A DNA stretch of 64,000 nt, taken from NCBI GenBank assembly GCA_000004985.1, contig GG738932.1; one strand, written 5' to 3'. Position numbers and translations under genes: made by a program. The stretch comes from Naegleria gruberi (taxonomy: Eukaryota). This document shows, piece after piece, positions 24,001 to 36,000 of this stretch. The notes under the pieces were generated by a model. That model did not search any database. It saw nothing but the letters and a program-made list of their open reading frames with translations, and was not told the DNA's origin. Position 1 is the first letter of the stretch. Each line of letters begins with the position of its first letter.

Positions 24001-27000
24001 NNNNNNNNNNNNNNNNNNNNNNNNNNNNNNNNNNNNNNNNNNNNNNNNNNNNNNNNNNNNNNNNNNNNNNNNNNNNNNNNNNNNNNNNNNNNNNNNNNNN
24101 NNNNNNNNNNNNNNNNNNNNNNNNNNNNNNNNNNNNNNNNNNNNNNNNNNNNNNNNNNNNNNNNNNNNNNNNNNNNNNNNNNNNNNNNNNNNNNNNNNNN
24201 NNNNNNNNNNNNNNNNNNNNNNNNNNNNNNNNNNNNNNNNNNNNNNNNNNNNNNNNNNNNNNNNNNNNNNNNNNNNNNNNNNNNNNNNNNNNNNNNNNNN
24301 NNNNNNNNNNNNNNNNNNNNNNNNNNNNNNNNNNNNNNNNNNNNNNNNNNNNNNNNNNNNNNNNNNNNNNNNNNNNNNNNNNNNNNNNNNNNNNNNNNNN
24401 NNNNNNNNNNNNNNNNNNNNNNNNNNNNNNNNNNNNNNNNNNNNNNNNNNNNNNNNNNNNNNNNNNNNNNNNNNNNNNNNNNNNNNNNNNNNNNNNNNNN
24501 NNNNNNNNNNNNNNNNNNNNNNNNNNNNNNNNNNNNNNNNNNNNNNNNNNNNNNNNNNNNNNNNNNNNNNNNNNNNNNNNNNNNNNNNNNNNNNNNNNNN
24601 NNNNNNNNNNNNNNNNNNNNNNNNNNNNNNNNNNNNNNNNNNNNNNNNNNNNNNNNNNNNNNNNNNNNNNNNNNNNNNNNNNNNNNNNNNNNNNNNNNNN
24701 NNNNNNNNNNNNNNNNNNNNNNNNNNNNNNNNNNNNNNNNNNNNNNNNNNNNNNNNNNNNNNNNNNNNNNNNNNNNNNNNNNNNNNNNNNNNNNNNNNNN
24801 NNNNNNNNNNNNNNNNNNNNNNNNNNNNNNNNNNNNNNNNNNNNNNNNNNNNNNNNNNNNNNNNNNNNNNNNNNNNNNNNNNNNNNNNNNNNNNNNNNNN
24901 NNNNNNNNNNNNNNNNNNNNNNNNNNNNNNNNNNNNNNNNNNNNNNNNNNNNNNNNNNNNNNNNNNNNNNNNNNNNNNNNNNNNNNNNNNNNNNNNNNNN
25001 NNNNNNNNNNNNNNNNNNNNNNNNNNNNNNNNNNNNNNNNNNNNNNNNNNNNNNNNNNNNNNNNNNNNNNNNNNNNNNNNNNNNNNNNNNNNNNNNNNNN
25101 NNNNNNNNNNNNNNNNNNNNNNNNNNNNNNNNNNNNNNNNNNNNNNNNNNNNNNNNNNNNNNNNNNNNNNNNNNNNNNNNNNNNNNNNNNNNNNNNNNNN
25201 NNNNNNNNNNNNNNNNNNNNNNNNNNNNNNNNNNNNNNNNNNNNNNNNNNNNNNNNNNNNNNNNNNNNNNNNNNNNNNNNNNNNNNNNNNNNNNNNNNNN
25301 NNNNNNNNNNNNNNNNNNNNNNNNNNNNNNNNNNNNNNNNNNNNNNNNNNNNNNNNNNNNNNNNNNNNNNNNNNNNNNNNNNNNNNNNNNNNNNNNNNNN
25401 NNNNNNNNNNNNNNNNNNNNNNNNNNNNNNNNNNNNNNNNNNNNNNNNNNNNNNNNNNNNNNNNNNNNNNNNNNNNNNNNNNNNNNNNNNNNNNNNNNNN
25501 NNNNNNNNNNNNNNNNNNNNNNNNNNNNNNNNNNNNNNNNNNNNNNNNNNNNNNNNNNNNNNNNNNNNNNNNNNNNNNNNNNNNNNNNNNNNNNNNNNNN
25601 NNNNNNNNNNNNNNNNNNNNNNNNNNNNNNNNNNNNNNNNNNNNNNNNNNNNNNNNNNNNNNNNNNNNNNNNNNNNNNNNNNNNNNNNNNNNNNNNNNNN
25701 NNNNNNNNNNNNNNNNNNNNNNNNNNNNNNNNNNNNNNNNNNNNNNNNNNNNNNNNNNNNNNNNNNNNNNNNNNNNNNNNNNNNNNNNNNNNNNNNNNNN
25801 NNNNNNNNNNNNNNNNNNNNNNNNNNNNNNNNNNNNNNNNNNNNNNNNNNNNNNNNNNNNNNNNNNNNNNNNNNNNNNNNNNNNNNNNNNNNNNNNNNNN
25901 NNNNNNNNNNNNNNNNNNNNNNNNNNNNNNNNNNNNNNNNNNNNNNNNNNNNNNNNNNNNNNNNNNNNNNNNNNNNNNNNNNNNNNNNNNNNNNNNNNNN
26001 NNNNNNNNNNNNNNNNNNNNNNNNNNNNNNNNNNNNNNNNNNNNNNNNNNNNNNNNNNNNNNNNNNNNNNNNNNNNNNNNNNNNNNNNNNNNNNNNNNNN
26101 NNNNNNNNNNNNNNNNNNNNNNNNNNNNNNNNNNNNNNNNNNNNNNNNNNNNNNNNNNNNNNNNNNNNNNNNNNNNNNNNNNNNNNNNNNNNNNNNNNNN
26201 NNNNNNNNNNNNNNNNNNNNNNNNNNNNNNNNNNNNNNNNNNNNNNNNNNNNNNNNNNNNNNNNNNNNNNNNNNNNNNNNNNNNNNNNNNNNNNNNNNNN
26301 NNNNNNNNNNNNNNNNNNNNNNNNNNNNNNNNNNNNNNNNNNNNNNNNNNNNNNNNNNNNNNNNNNNNNNNNNNNNNNNNNNNNNNNNNNNNNNNNNNNN
26401 NNNNNNNNNNNNNNNNNNNNNNNNNNNNNNNNNNNNNNNNNNNNNNNNNNNNNNNNNNNNNNNNNNNNNNNNNNNNNNNNNNNNNNNNNNNNNNNNNNNN
26501 NNNNNNNNNNNNNNNNNNNNNNNNNNNNNNNNNNNNNNNNNNNNNNNNNNNNNNNNNNNNNNNNNNNNNNNNNNNNNNNNNNNNNNNNNNNNNNNNNNNN
26601 NNNNNNNNNNNNNNNNNNNNNNNNNNNNNNNNNNNNNNNNNNNNNNNNNNNNNNNNNNNNNNNNNNNNNNNNNNNNNNNNNNNNNNNNNNNNNNNNNNNN
26701 NNNNNNNNNNNNNNNNNNNNNNNNNNNNNNNNNNNNNNNNNNNNNNNNNNNNNNNNNNNNNNNNNNNNNNNNNNNNNNNNNNNNNNNNNNNNNNNNNNNN
26801 NNNNNNNNNNNNNNNNNNNNNNNNNNNNNNNNNNNNNNNNNNNNNNNNNNNNNNNNNNNNNNNNNNNNNNNNNNNNNNNNNNNNNNNNNNNNNNNNNNNN
26901 NNNNNNNNNNNNNNNNNNNNNNNNNNNNNNNNNNNNNNNNNNNNNNNNNNNNNNNNNNNNNNNNNNNNNNNNNNNNNNNNNNNNNNNNNNNNNNNNNNNN

Positions 27001-30000
27001 NNNNNNNNNNNNNNNNNNNNNNNNNNNNNNNNNNNNNNNNNNNNNNNNNNNNNNNNNNNNNNNNNNNNNNNNNNNNNNNNNNNNNNNNNNNNNNNNNNNN
27101 NNNNNNNNNNNNNNNNNNNNNNNNNNNNNNNNNNNNNNNNNNNNNNNNNNNNNNNNNNNNNNNNNNNNNNNNNNNNNNNNNNNNNNNNNNNNNNNNNNNN
27201 NNNNNNNNNNNNNNNNNNNNNNNNNNNNNNNNNNNNNNNNNNNNNNNNNNNNNNNNNNNNNNNNNNNNNNNNNNNNNNNNNNNNNNNNNNNNNNNNNNNN
27301 NNNNNNNNNNNNNNNNNNNNNNNNNNNNNNNNNNNNNNNNNNNNNNNNNNNNNNNNNNNNNNNNNNNNNNNNNNNNNNNNNNNNNNNNNNNNNNNNNNNN
27401 NNNNNNNNNNNNNNNNNNNNNNNNNNNNNNNNNNNNNNNNNNNNNNNNNNNNNNNNNNNNNNNNNNNNNNNNNNNNNNNNNNNNNNNNNNNNNNNNNNNN
27501 NNNNNNNNNNNNNNNNNNNNNNNNNNNNNNNNNNNNNNNNNNNNNNNNNNNNNNNNNNNNNNNNNNNNNNNNNNNNNNNNNNNNNNNNNNNNNNNNNNNN
27601 NNNNNNNNNNNNNNNNNNNNNNNNNNNNNNNNNNNNNNNNNNNNNNNNNNNNNNNNNNNNNNNNNNNNNNNNNNNNNNNNNNNNNNNNNNNNNNNNNNNN
27701 NNNNNNNNNNNNNNNNNNNNNNNNNNNNNNNNNNNNNNNNNNNNNNNNNNNNNNNNNNNNNNNNNNNNNNNNNNNNNNNNNNNNNNNNNNNNNNNNNNNN
27801 NNNNNNNNNNNNNNNNNNNNNNNNNNNNNNNNNNNNNNNNNNNNNNNNNNNNNNNNNNNNNNNNNNNNNNNNNNNNNNNNNNNNNNNNNNNNNNNNNNNN
27901 NNNNNNNNNNNNNNNNNNNNNNNNNNNNNNNNNNNNNNNNNNNNNNNNNNNNNNNNNNNNNNNNNNNNNNNNNNNNNNNNNNNNNNNNNNNNNNNNNNNN
28001 NNNNNNNNNNNNNNNNNNNNNNNNNNNNNNNNNNNNNNNNNNNNNNNNNNNNNNNNNNNNNNNNNNNNNNNNNNNNNNNNNNNNNNNNNNNNNNNNNNNN
28101 NNNNNNNNNNNNNNNNNNNNNNNNNNNNNNNNNNNNNNNNNNNNNNNNNNNNNNNNNNNNNNNNNNNNNNNNNNNNNNNNNNNNNNNNNNNNNNNNNNNN
28201 NNNNNNNNNNNNNNNNNNNNNNNNNNNNNNNNNNNNNNNNNNNNNNNNNNNNNNNNNNNNNNNNNNNNNNNNNNNNNNNNNNNNNNNNNNNNNNNNNNNN
28301 NNNNNNNNNNNNNNNNNNNNNNNNNNNNNNNNNNNNNNNNNNNNNNNNNNNNNNNNNNNNNNNNNNNNNNNNNNNNNNNNNNNNNNNNNNNNNNNNNNNN
28401 NNNNNNNNNNNNNNNNNNNNNNNNNNNNNNNNNNNNNNNNNNNNNNNNNNNNNNNNNNNNNNNNNNNNNNNNNNNNNNNNNNNNNNNNNNNNNNNNNNNN
28501 NNNNNNNNNNNNNNNNNNNNNNNNNNNNNNNNNNNNNNNNNNNNNNNNNNNNNNNNNNNNNNNNNNNNNNNNNNNNNNNNNNNNNNNNNNNNNNNNNNNN
28601 NNNNNNNNNNNNNNNNNNNNNNNNNNNNNNNNNNNNNNNNNNNNNNNNNNNNNNNNNNNNNNNNNNNNNNNNNNNNNNNNNNNNNNNNNNNNNNNNNNNN
28701 NNNNNNNNNNNNNNNNNNNNNNNNNNNNNNNNNNNNNNNNNNNNNNNNNNNNNNNNNNNNNNNNNNNNNNNNNNNNNNNNNNNNNNNNNNNNNNNNNNNN
28801 NNNNNNNNNNNNNNNNNNNNNNNNNNNNNNNNNNNNNNNNNNNNNNNNNNNNNNNNNNNNNNNNNNNNNNNNNNNNNNNNNNNNNNNNNNNNNNNNNNNN
28901 NNNNNNNNNNNNNNNNNNNNNNNNNNNNNNNNNNNNNNNNNNNNNNNNNNNNNNNNNNNNNNNNNNNNNNNNNNNNNNNNNNNNNNNNNNNNNNNNNNNN
29001 NNNNNNNNNNNNNNNNNNNNNNNNNNNNNNNNNNNNNNNNNNNNNNNNNNNNNNNNNNNNNNNNNNNNNNNNNNNNNNNNNNNNNNNNNNNNNNNNNNNN
29101 NNNNNNNNNNNNNNNNNNNNNNNNNNNNNNNNNNNNNNNNNNNNNNNNNNNNNNNNNNNNNNNNNNNNNNNNNNNNNNNNNNNNNNNNNNNNNNNNNNNN
29201 NNNNNNNNNNNNNNNNNNNNNNNNNNNNNNNNNNNNNNNNNNNNNNNNNNNNNNNNNNNNNNNNNNNNNNNNNNNNNNNNNNNNNNNNNNNNNNNNNNNN
29301 NNNNNNNNNNNNNNNNNNNNNNNNNNNNNNNNNNNNNNNNNNNNNNNNNNNNNNNNNNNNNNNNNNNNNNNNNNNNNNNNNNNNNNNNNNNNNNNNNNNN
29401 NNNNNNNNNNNNNNNNNNNNNNNNNNNNNNNNNNNNNNNNNNNNNNNNNNNNNNNNNNNNNNNNNNNNNNNNNNNNNNNNNNNNNNNNNNNNNNNNNNNN
29501 NNNNNNNNNNNNNNNNNNNNNNNNNNNNNNNNNNNNNNNNNNNNNNNNNNNNNNNNNNNNNNNNNNNNNNNNNNNNNNNNNNNNNNNNNNNNNNNNNNNN
29601 NNNNNNNNNNNNNNNNNNNNNNNNNNNNNNNNNNNNNNNNNNNNNNNNNNNNNNNNNNNNNNNNNNNNNNNNNNNNNNNNNNNNNNNNNNNNNNNNNNNN
29701 NNNNNNNNNNNNNNNNNNNNNNNNNNNNNNNNNNNNNNNNNNNNNNNNNNNNNNNNNNNNNNNNNNNNNNNNNNNNNNNNNNNNNNNNNNNNNNNNNNNN
29801 NNNNNNNNNNNNNNNNNNNNNNNNNNNNNNNNNNNNNNNNNNNNNNNNNNNNNNNNNNNNNNNNNNNNNNNNNNNNNNNNNNNNNNNNNNNNNNNNNNNN
29901 NNNNNNNNNNNNNNNNNNNNNNNNNNNNNNNNNNNNNNNNNNNNNNNNNNNNNNNNNNNNNNNNNNNNNNNNNNNNNNNNNNNNNNNNNNNNNNNNNNNN

Positions 30001-33000
30001 NNNNNNNNNNNNNNNNNNNNNNNNNNNNNNNNNNNNNNNNNNNNNNNNNNNNNNNNNNNNNNNNNNNNNNNNNNNNNNNNNNNNNNNNNNNNNNNNNNNN
30101 NNNNNNNNNNNNNNNNNNNNNNNNNNNNNNNNNNNNNNNNNNNNNNNNNNNNNNNNNNNNNNNNNNNNNNNNNNNNNNNNNNNNNNNNNNNNNNNNNNNN
30201 NNNNNNNNNNNNNNNNNNNNNNNNNNNNNNNNNNNNNNNNNNNNNNNNNNNNNNNNNNNNNNNNNNNNNNNNNNNNNNNNNNNNNNNNNNNNNNNNNNNN
30301 NNNNNNNNNNNNNNNNNNNNNNNNNNNNNNNNNNNNNNNNNNNNNNNNNNNNNNNNNNNNNNNNNNNNNNNNNNNNNNNNNNNNNNNNNNNNNNNNNNNN
30401 NNNNNNNNNNNNNNNNNNNNNNNNNNNNNNNNNNNNNNNNNNNNNNNNNNNNNNNNNNNNNNNNNNNNNNNNNNNNNNNNNNNNNNNNNNNNNNNNNNNN
30501 NNNNNNNNNNNNNNNNNNNNNNNNNNNNNNNNNNNNNNNNNNNNNNNNNNNNNNNNNNNNNNNNNNNNNNNNNNNNNNNNNNNNNNNNNNNNNNNNNNNN
30601 NNNNNNNNNNNNNNNNNNNNNNNNNNNNNNNNNNNNNNNNNNNNNNNNNNNNNNNNNNNNNNNNNNNNNNNNNNNNNNNNNNNNNNNNNNNNNNNNNNNN
30701 NNNNNNNNNNNNNNNNNNNNNNNNNNNNNNNNNNNNNNNNNNNNNNNNNNNNNNNNNNNNNNNNNNNNNNNNNNNNNNNNNNNNNNNNNNNNNNNNNNNN
30801 NNNNNNNNNNNNNNNNNNNNNNNNNNNNNNNNNNNNNNNNNNNNNNNNNNNNNNNNNNNNNNNNNNNNNNNNNNNNNNNNNNNNNNNNNNNNNNNNNNNN
30901 NNNNNNNNNNNNNNNNNNNNNNNNNNNNNNNNNNNNNNNNNNNNNNNNNNNNNNNNNNNNNNNNNNNNNNNNNNNNNNNNNNNNNNNNNNNNNNNNNNNN
31001 NNNNNNNNNNNNNNNNNNNNNNNNNNNNNNNNNNNNNNNNNNNNNNNNNNNNNNNNNNNNNNNNNNNNNNNNNNNNNNNNNNNNNNNNNNNNNNNNNNNN
31101 NNNNNNNNNNNNNNNNNNNNNNNNNNNNNNNNNNNNNNNNNNNNNNNNNNNNNNNNNNNNNNNNNNNNNNNNNNNNNNNNNNNNNNNNNNNNNNNNNNNN
31201 NNNNNNNNNNNNNNNNNNNNNNNNNNNNNNNNNNNNNNNNNNNNNNNNNNNNNNNNNNNNNNNNNNNNNNNNNNNNNNNNNNNNNNNNNNNNNNNNNNNN
31301 NNNNNNNNNNNNNNNNNNNNNNNNNNNNNNNNNNNNNNNNNNNNNNNNNNNNNNNNNNNNNNNNNNNNNNNNNNNNNNNNNNNNNNNNNNNNNNNNNNNN
31401 NNNNNNNNNNNNNNNNNNNNNNNNNNNNNNNNNNNNNNNNNNNNNNNNNNNNNNNNNNNNNNNNNNNNNNNNNNNNNNNNNNNNNNNNNNNNNNNNNNNN
31501 NNNNNNNNNNNNNNNNNNNNNNNNNNNNNNNNNNNNNNNNNNNNNNNNNNNNNNNNNNNNNNNNNNNNNNNNNNNNNNNNNNNNNNNNNNNNNNNNNNNN
31601 NNNNNNNNNNNNNNNNNNNNNNNNNNNNNNNNNNNNNNNNNNNNNNNNNNNNNNNNNNNNNNNNNNNNNNNNNNNNNNNNNNNNNNNNNNNNNNNNNNNN
31701 NNNNNNNNNNNNNNNNNNNNNNNNNNNNNNNNNNNNNNNNNNNNNNNNNNNNNNNNNNNNNNNNNNNNNNNNNNNNNNNNNNNNNNNNNNNNNNNNNNNN
31801 NNNNNNNNNNNNNNNNNNNNNNNNNNNNNNNNNNNNNNNNNNNNNNNNNNNNNNNNNNNNNNNNNNNNNNNNNNNNNNNNNNNNNNNNNNNNNNNNNNNN
31901 NNNNNNNNNNNNNNNNNNNNNNNNNNNNNNNNNNNNNNNNNNNNNNNNNNNNNNNNNNNNNNNNNNNNNNNNNNNNNNNNNNNNNNNNNNNNNNNNNNNN
32001 NNNNNNNNNNNNNNNNNNNNNNNNNNNNNNNNNNNNNNNNNNNNNNNNNNNNNNNNNNNNNNNNNNNNNNNNNNNNNNNNNNNNNNNNNNNNNNNNNNNN
32101 NNNNNNNNNNNNNNNNNNNNNNNNNNNNNNNNNNNNNNNNNNNNNNNNNNNNNNNNNNNNNNNNNNNNNNNNNNNNNNNNNNNNNNNNNNNNNNNNNNNN
32201 NNNNNNNNNNNNNNNNNNNNNNNNNNNNNNNNNNNNNNNNNNNNNNNNNNNNNNNNNNNNNNNNNNNNNNNNNNNNNNNNNNNNNNNNNNNNNNNNNNNN
32301 NNNNNNNNNNNNNNNNNNNNNNNNNNNNNNNNNNNNNNNNNNNNNNNNNNNNNNNNNNNNNNNNNNNNNNNNNNNNNNNNNNNNNNNNNNNNNNNNNNNN
32401 NNNNNNNNNNNNNNNNNNNNNNNNNNNNNNNNNNNNNNNNNNNNNNNNNNNNNNNNNNNNNNNNNNNNNNNNNNNNNNNNNNNNNNNNNNNNNNNNNNNN
32501 NNNNNNNNNNNNNNNNNNNNNNNNNNNNNNNNNNNNNNNNNNNNNNNNNNNNNNNNNNNNNNNNNNNNNNNNNNNNNNNNNNNNNNNNNNNNNNNNNNNN
32601 NNNNNNNNNNNNNNNNNNNNNNNNNNNNNNNNNNNNNNNNNNNNNNNNNNNNNNNNNNNNNNNNNNNNNNNNNNNNNNNNNNNNNNNNNNNNNNNNNNNN
32701 NNNNNNNNNNNNNNNNNNNNNNNNNNNNNNNNNNNNNNNNNNNNNNNNNNNNNNNNNNNNNNNNNNNNNNNNNNNNNNNNNNNNNNNNNNNNNNNNNNNN
32801 NNNNNNNNNNNNNNNNNNNNNNNNNNNNNNNNNNNNNNNNNNNNNNNNNNNNNNNNNNNNNNNNNNNNNNNNNNNNNNNNNNNNNNNNNNNNNNNNNNNN
32901 NNNNNNNNNNNNNNNNNNNNNNNNNNNNNNNNNNNNNNNNNNNNNNNNNNNNNNNNNNNNNNNNNNNNNNNNNNNNNNNNNNNNNNNNNNNNNNNNNNNN

Positions 33001-36000
33001 NNNNNNNNNNNNNNNNNNNNNNNNNNNNNNNNNNNNNNNNNNNNNNNNNNNNNNNNNNNNNNNNNNNNNNNNNNNNNNNNNNNNNNNNNNNNNNNNNNNN
33101 NNNNNNNNNNNNNNNNNNNNNNNNNNNNNNNNNNNNNNNNNNNNNNNNNNNNNNNNNNNNNNNNNNNNNNNNNNNNNNNNNNNNNNNNNNNNNNNNNNNN
33201 NNNNNNNNNNNNNNNNNNNNNNNNNNNNNNNNNNNNNNNNNNNNNNNNNNNNNNNNNNNNNNNNNNNNNNNNNNNNNNNNNNNNNNNNNNNNNNNNNNNN
33301 NNNNNNNNNNNNNNNNNNNNNNNNNNNNNNNNNNNNNNNNNNNNNNNNNNNNNNNNNNNNNNNNNNNNNNNNNNNNNNNNNNNNNNNNNNNNNNNNNNNN
33401 NNNNNNNNNNNNNNNNNNNNNNNNNNNNNNNNNNNNNNNNNNNNNNNNNNNNNNNNNNNNNNNNNNNNNNNNNNNNNNNNNNNNNNNNNNNNNNNNNNNN
33501 NNNNNNNNNNNNNNNNNNNNNNNNNNNNNNNNNNNNNNNNNNNNNNNNNNNNNNNNNNNNNNNNNNNNNNNNNNNNNNNNNNNNNNNNNNNNNNNNNNNN
33601 NNNNNNNNNNNNNNNNNNNNNNNNNNNNNNNNNNNNNNNNNNNNNNNNNNNNNNNNNNNNNNNNNNNNNNNNNNNNNNNNNNNNNNNNNNNNNNNNNNNN
33701 NNNNNNNNNNNNNNNNNNNNNNNNNNNNNNNNNNNNNNNNNNNNNNNNNNNNNNNNNNNNNNNNNNNNNNNNNNNNNNNNNNNNNNNNNNNNNNNNNNNN
33801 NNNNNNNNNNNNNNNNNNNNNNNNNNNNNNNNNNNNNNNNNNNNNNNNNNNNNNNNNNNNNNNNNNNNNNNNNNNNNNNNNNNNNNNNNNNNNNNNNNNN
33901 NNNNNNNNNNNNNNNNNNNNNNNNNNNNNNNNNNNNNNNNNNNNNNNNNNNNNNNNNNNNNNNNNNNNNNNNNNNNNNNNNNNNNNNNNNNNNNNNNNNN
34001 NNNNNNNNNNNNNNNNNNNNNNNNNNNNNNNNNNNNNNNNNNNNNNNNNNNNNNNNNNNNNNNNNNNNNNNNNNNNNNNNNNNNNNNNNNNNNNNNNNNN
34101 NNNNNNNNNNNNNNNNNNNNNNNNNNNNNNNNNNNNNNNNNNNNNNNNNNNNNNNNNNNNNNNNNNNNNNNNNNNNNNNNNNNNNNNNNNNNNNNNNNNN
34201 NNNNNNNNNNNNNNNNNNNNNNNNNNNNNNNNNNNNNNNNNNNNNNNNNNNNNNNNNNNNNNNNNNNNNNNNNNNNNNNNNNNNNNNNNNNNNNNNNNNN
34301 NNNNNNNNNNNNNNNNNNNNNNNNNNNNNNNNNNNNNNNNNNNNNNNNNNNNNNNNNNNNNNNNNNNNNNNNNNNNNNNNNNNNNNNNNNNNNNNNNNNN
34401 NNNNNNNNNNNNNNNNNNNNNNNNNNNNNNNNNNNNNNNNNNNNNNNNNNNNNNNNNNNNNNNNNNNNNNNNNNNNNNNNNNNNNNNNNNNNNNNNNNNN
34501 NNNNNNNNNNNNNNNNNNNNNNNNNNNNNNNNNNNNNNNNNNNNNNNNNNNNNNNNNNNNNNNNNNNNNNNNNNNNNNNNNNNNNNNNNNNNNNNNNNNN
34601 NNNNNNNNNNNNNNNNNNNNNNNNNNNNNNNNNNNNNNNNNNNNNNNNNNNNNNNNNNNNNNNNNNNNNNNNNNNNNNNNNNNNNNNNNNNNNNNNNNNN
34701 NNNNNNNNNNNNNNNNNNNNNNNNNNNNNNNNNNNNNNNNNNNNNNNNNNNNNNNNNNNNNNNNNNNNNNNNNNNNNNNNNNNNNNNNNNNNNNNNNNNN
34801 NNNNNNNNNNNNNNNNNNNNNNNNNNNNNNNNNNNNNNNNNNNNNNNNNNNNNNNNNNNNNNNNNNNNNNNNNNNNNNNNNNNNNNNNNNNNNNNNNNNN
34901 NNNNNNNNNNNNNNNNNNNNNNNNNNNNNNNNNNNNNNNNNNNNNNNNNNNNNNNNNNNNNNNNNNNNNNNNNNNNNNNNNNNNNNNNNNNNNNNNNNNN
35001 NNNNNNNNNNNNNNNNNNNNNNNNNNNNNNNNNNNNNNNNNNNNNNNNNNNNNNNNNNNNNNNNNNNNNNNNNNNNNNNNNNNNNNNNNNNNNNNNNNNN
35101 NNNNNNNNNNNNNNNNNNNNNNNNNNNNNNNNNNNNNNNNNNNNNNNNNNNNNNNNNNNNNNNNNNNNNNNNNNNNNNNNNNNNNNNNNNNNNNNNNNNN
35201 NNNNNNNNNNNNNNNNNNNNNNNNNNNNNNNNNNNNNNNNNNNNNNNNNNNNNNNNNNNNNNNNNNNNNNNNNNNNNNNNNNNNNNNNNNNNNNNNNNNN
35301 NNNNNNNNNNNNNNNNNNNNNNNNNNNNNNNNNNNNNNNNNNNNNNNNNNNNNNNNNNNNNNNNNNNNNNNNNNNNNNNNNNNNNNNNNNNNNNNNNNNN
35401 NNNNNNNNNNNNNNNNNNNNNNNNNNNNNNNNNNNNNNNNNNNNNNNNNNNNNNNNNNNNNNNNNNNNNNNNNNNNNNNNNNNNNNNNNNNNNNNNNNNN
35501 NNNNNNNNNNNNNNNNNNNNNNNNNNNNNNNNNNNNNNNNNNNNNNNNNNNNNNNNNNNNNNNNNNNNNNNNNNNNNNNNNNNNNNNNNNNNNNNNNNNN
35601 NNNNNNNNNNNNNNNNNNNNNNNNNNNNNNNNNNNNNNNNNNNNNNNNNNNNNNNNNNNNNNNNNNNNNNNNNNNNNNNNNNNNNNNNNNNNNNNNNNNN
35701 NNNNNNNNNNNNNNNNNNNNNNNNNNNNNNNNNNNNNNNNNNNNNNNNNNNNNNNNNNNNNNNNNNNNNNNNNNNNNNNNNNNNNNNNNNNNNNNNNNNN
35801 NNNNNNNNNNNNNNNNNNNNNNNNNNNNNNNNNNNNNNNNNNNNNNNNNNNNNNNNNNNNNNNNNNNNNNNNNNNNNNNNNNNNNNNNNNNNNNNNNNNN
35901 NNNNNNNNNNNNNNNNNNNNNNNNNNNNNNNNNNNNNNNNNNNNNNNNNNNNNNNNNNNNNNNNNNNNNNNNNNNNNNNNNNNNNNNNNNNNNNNNNNNN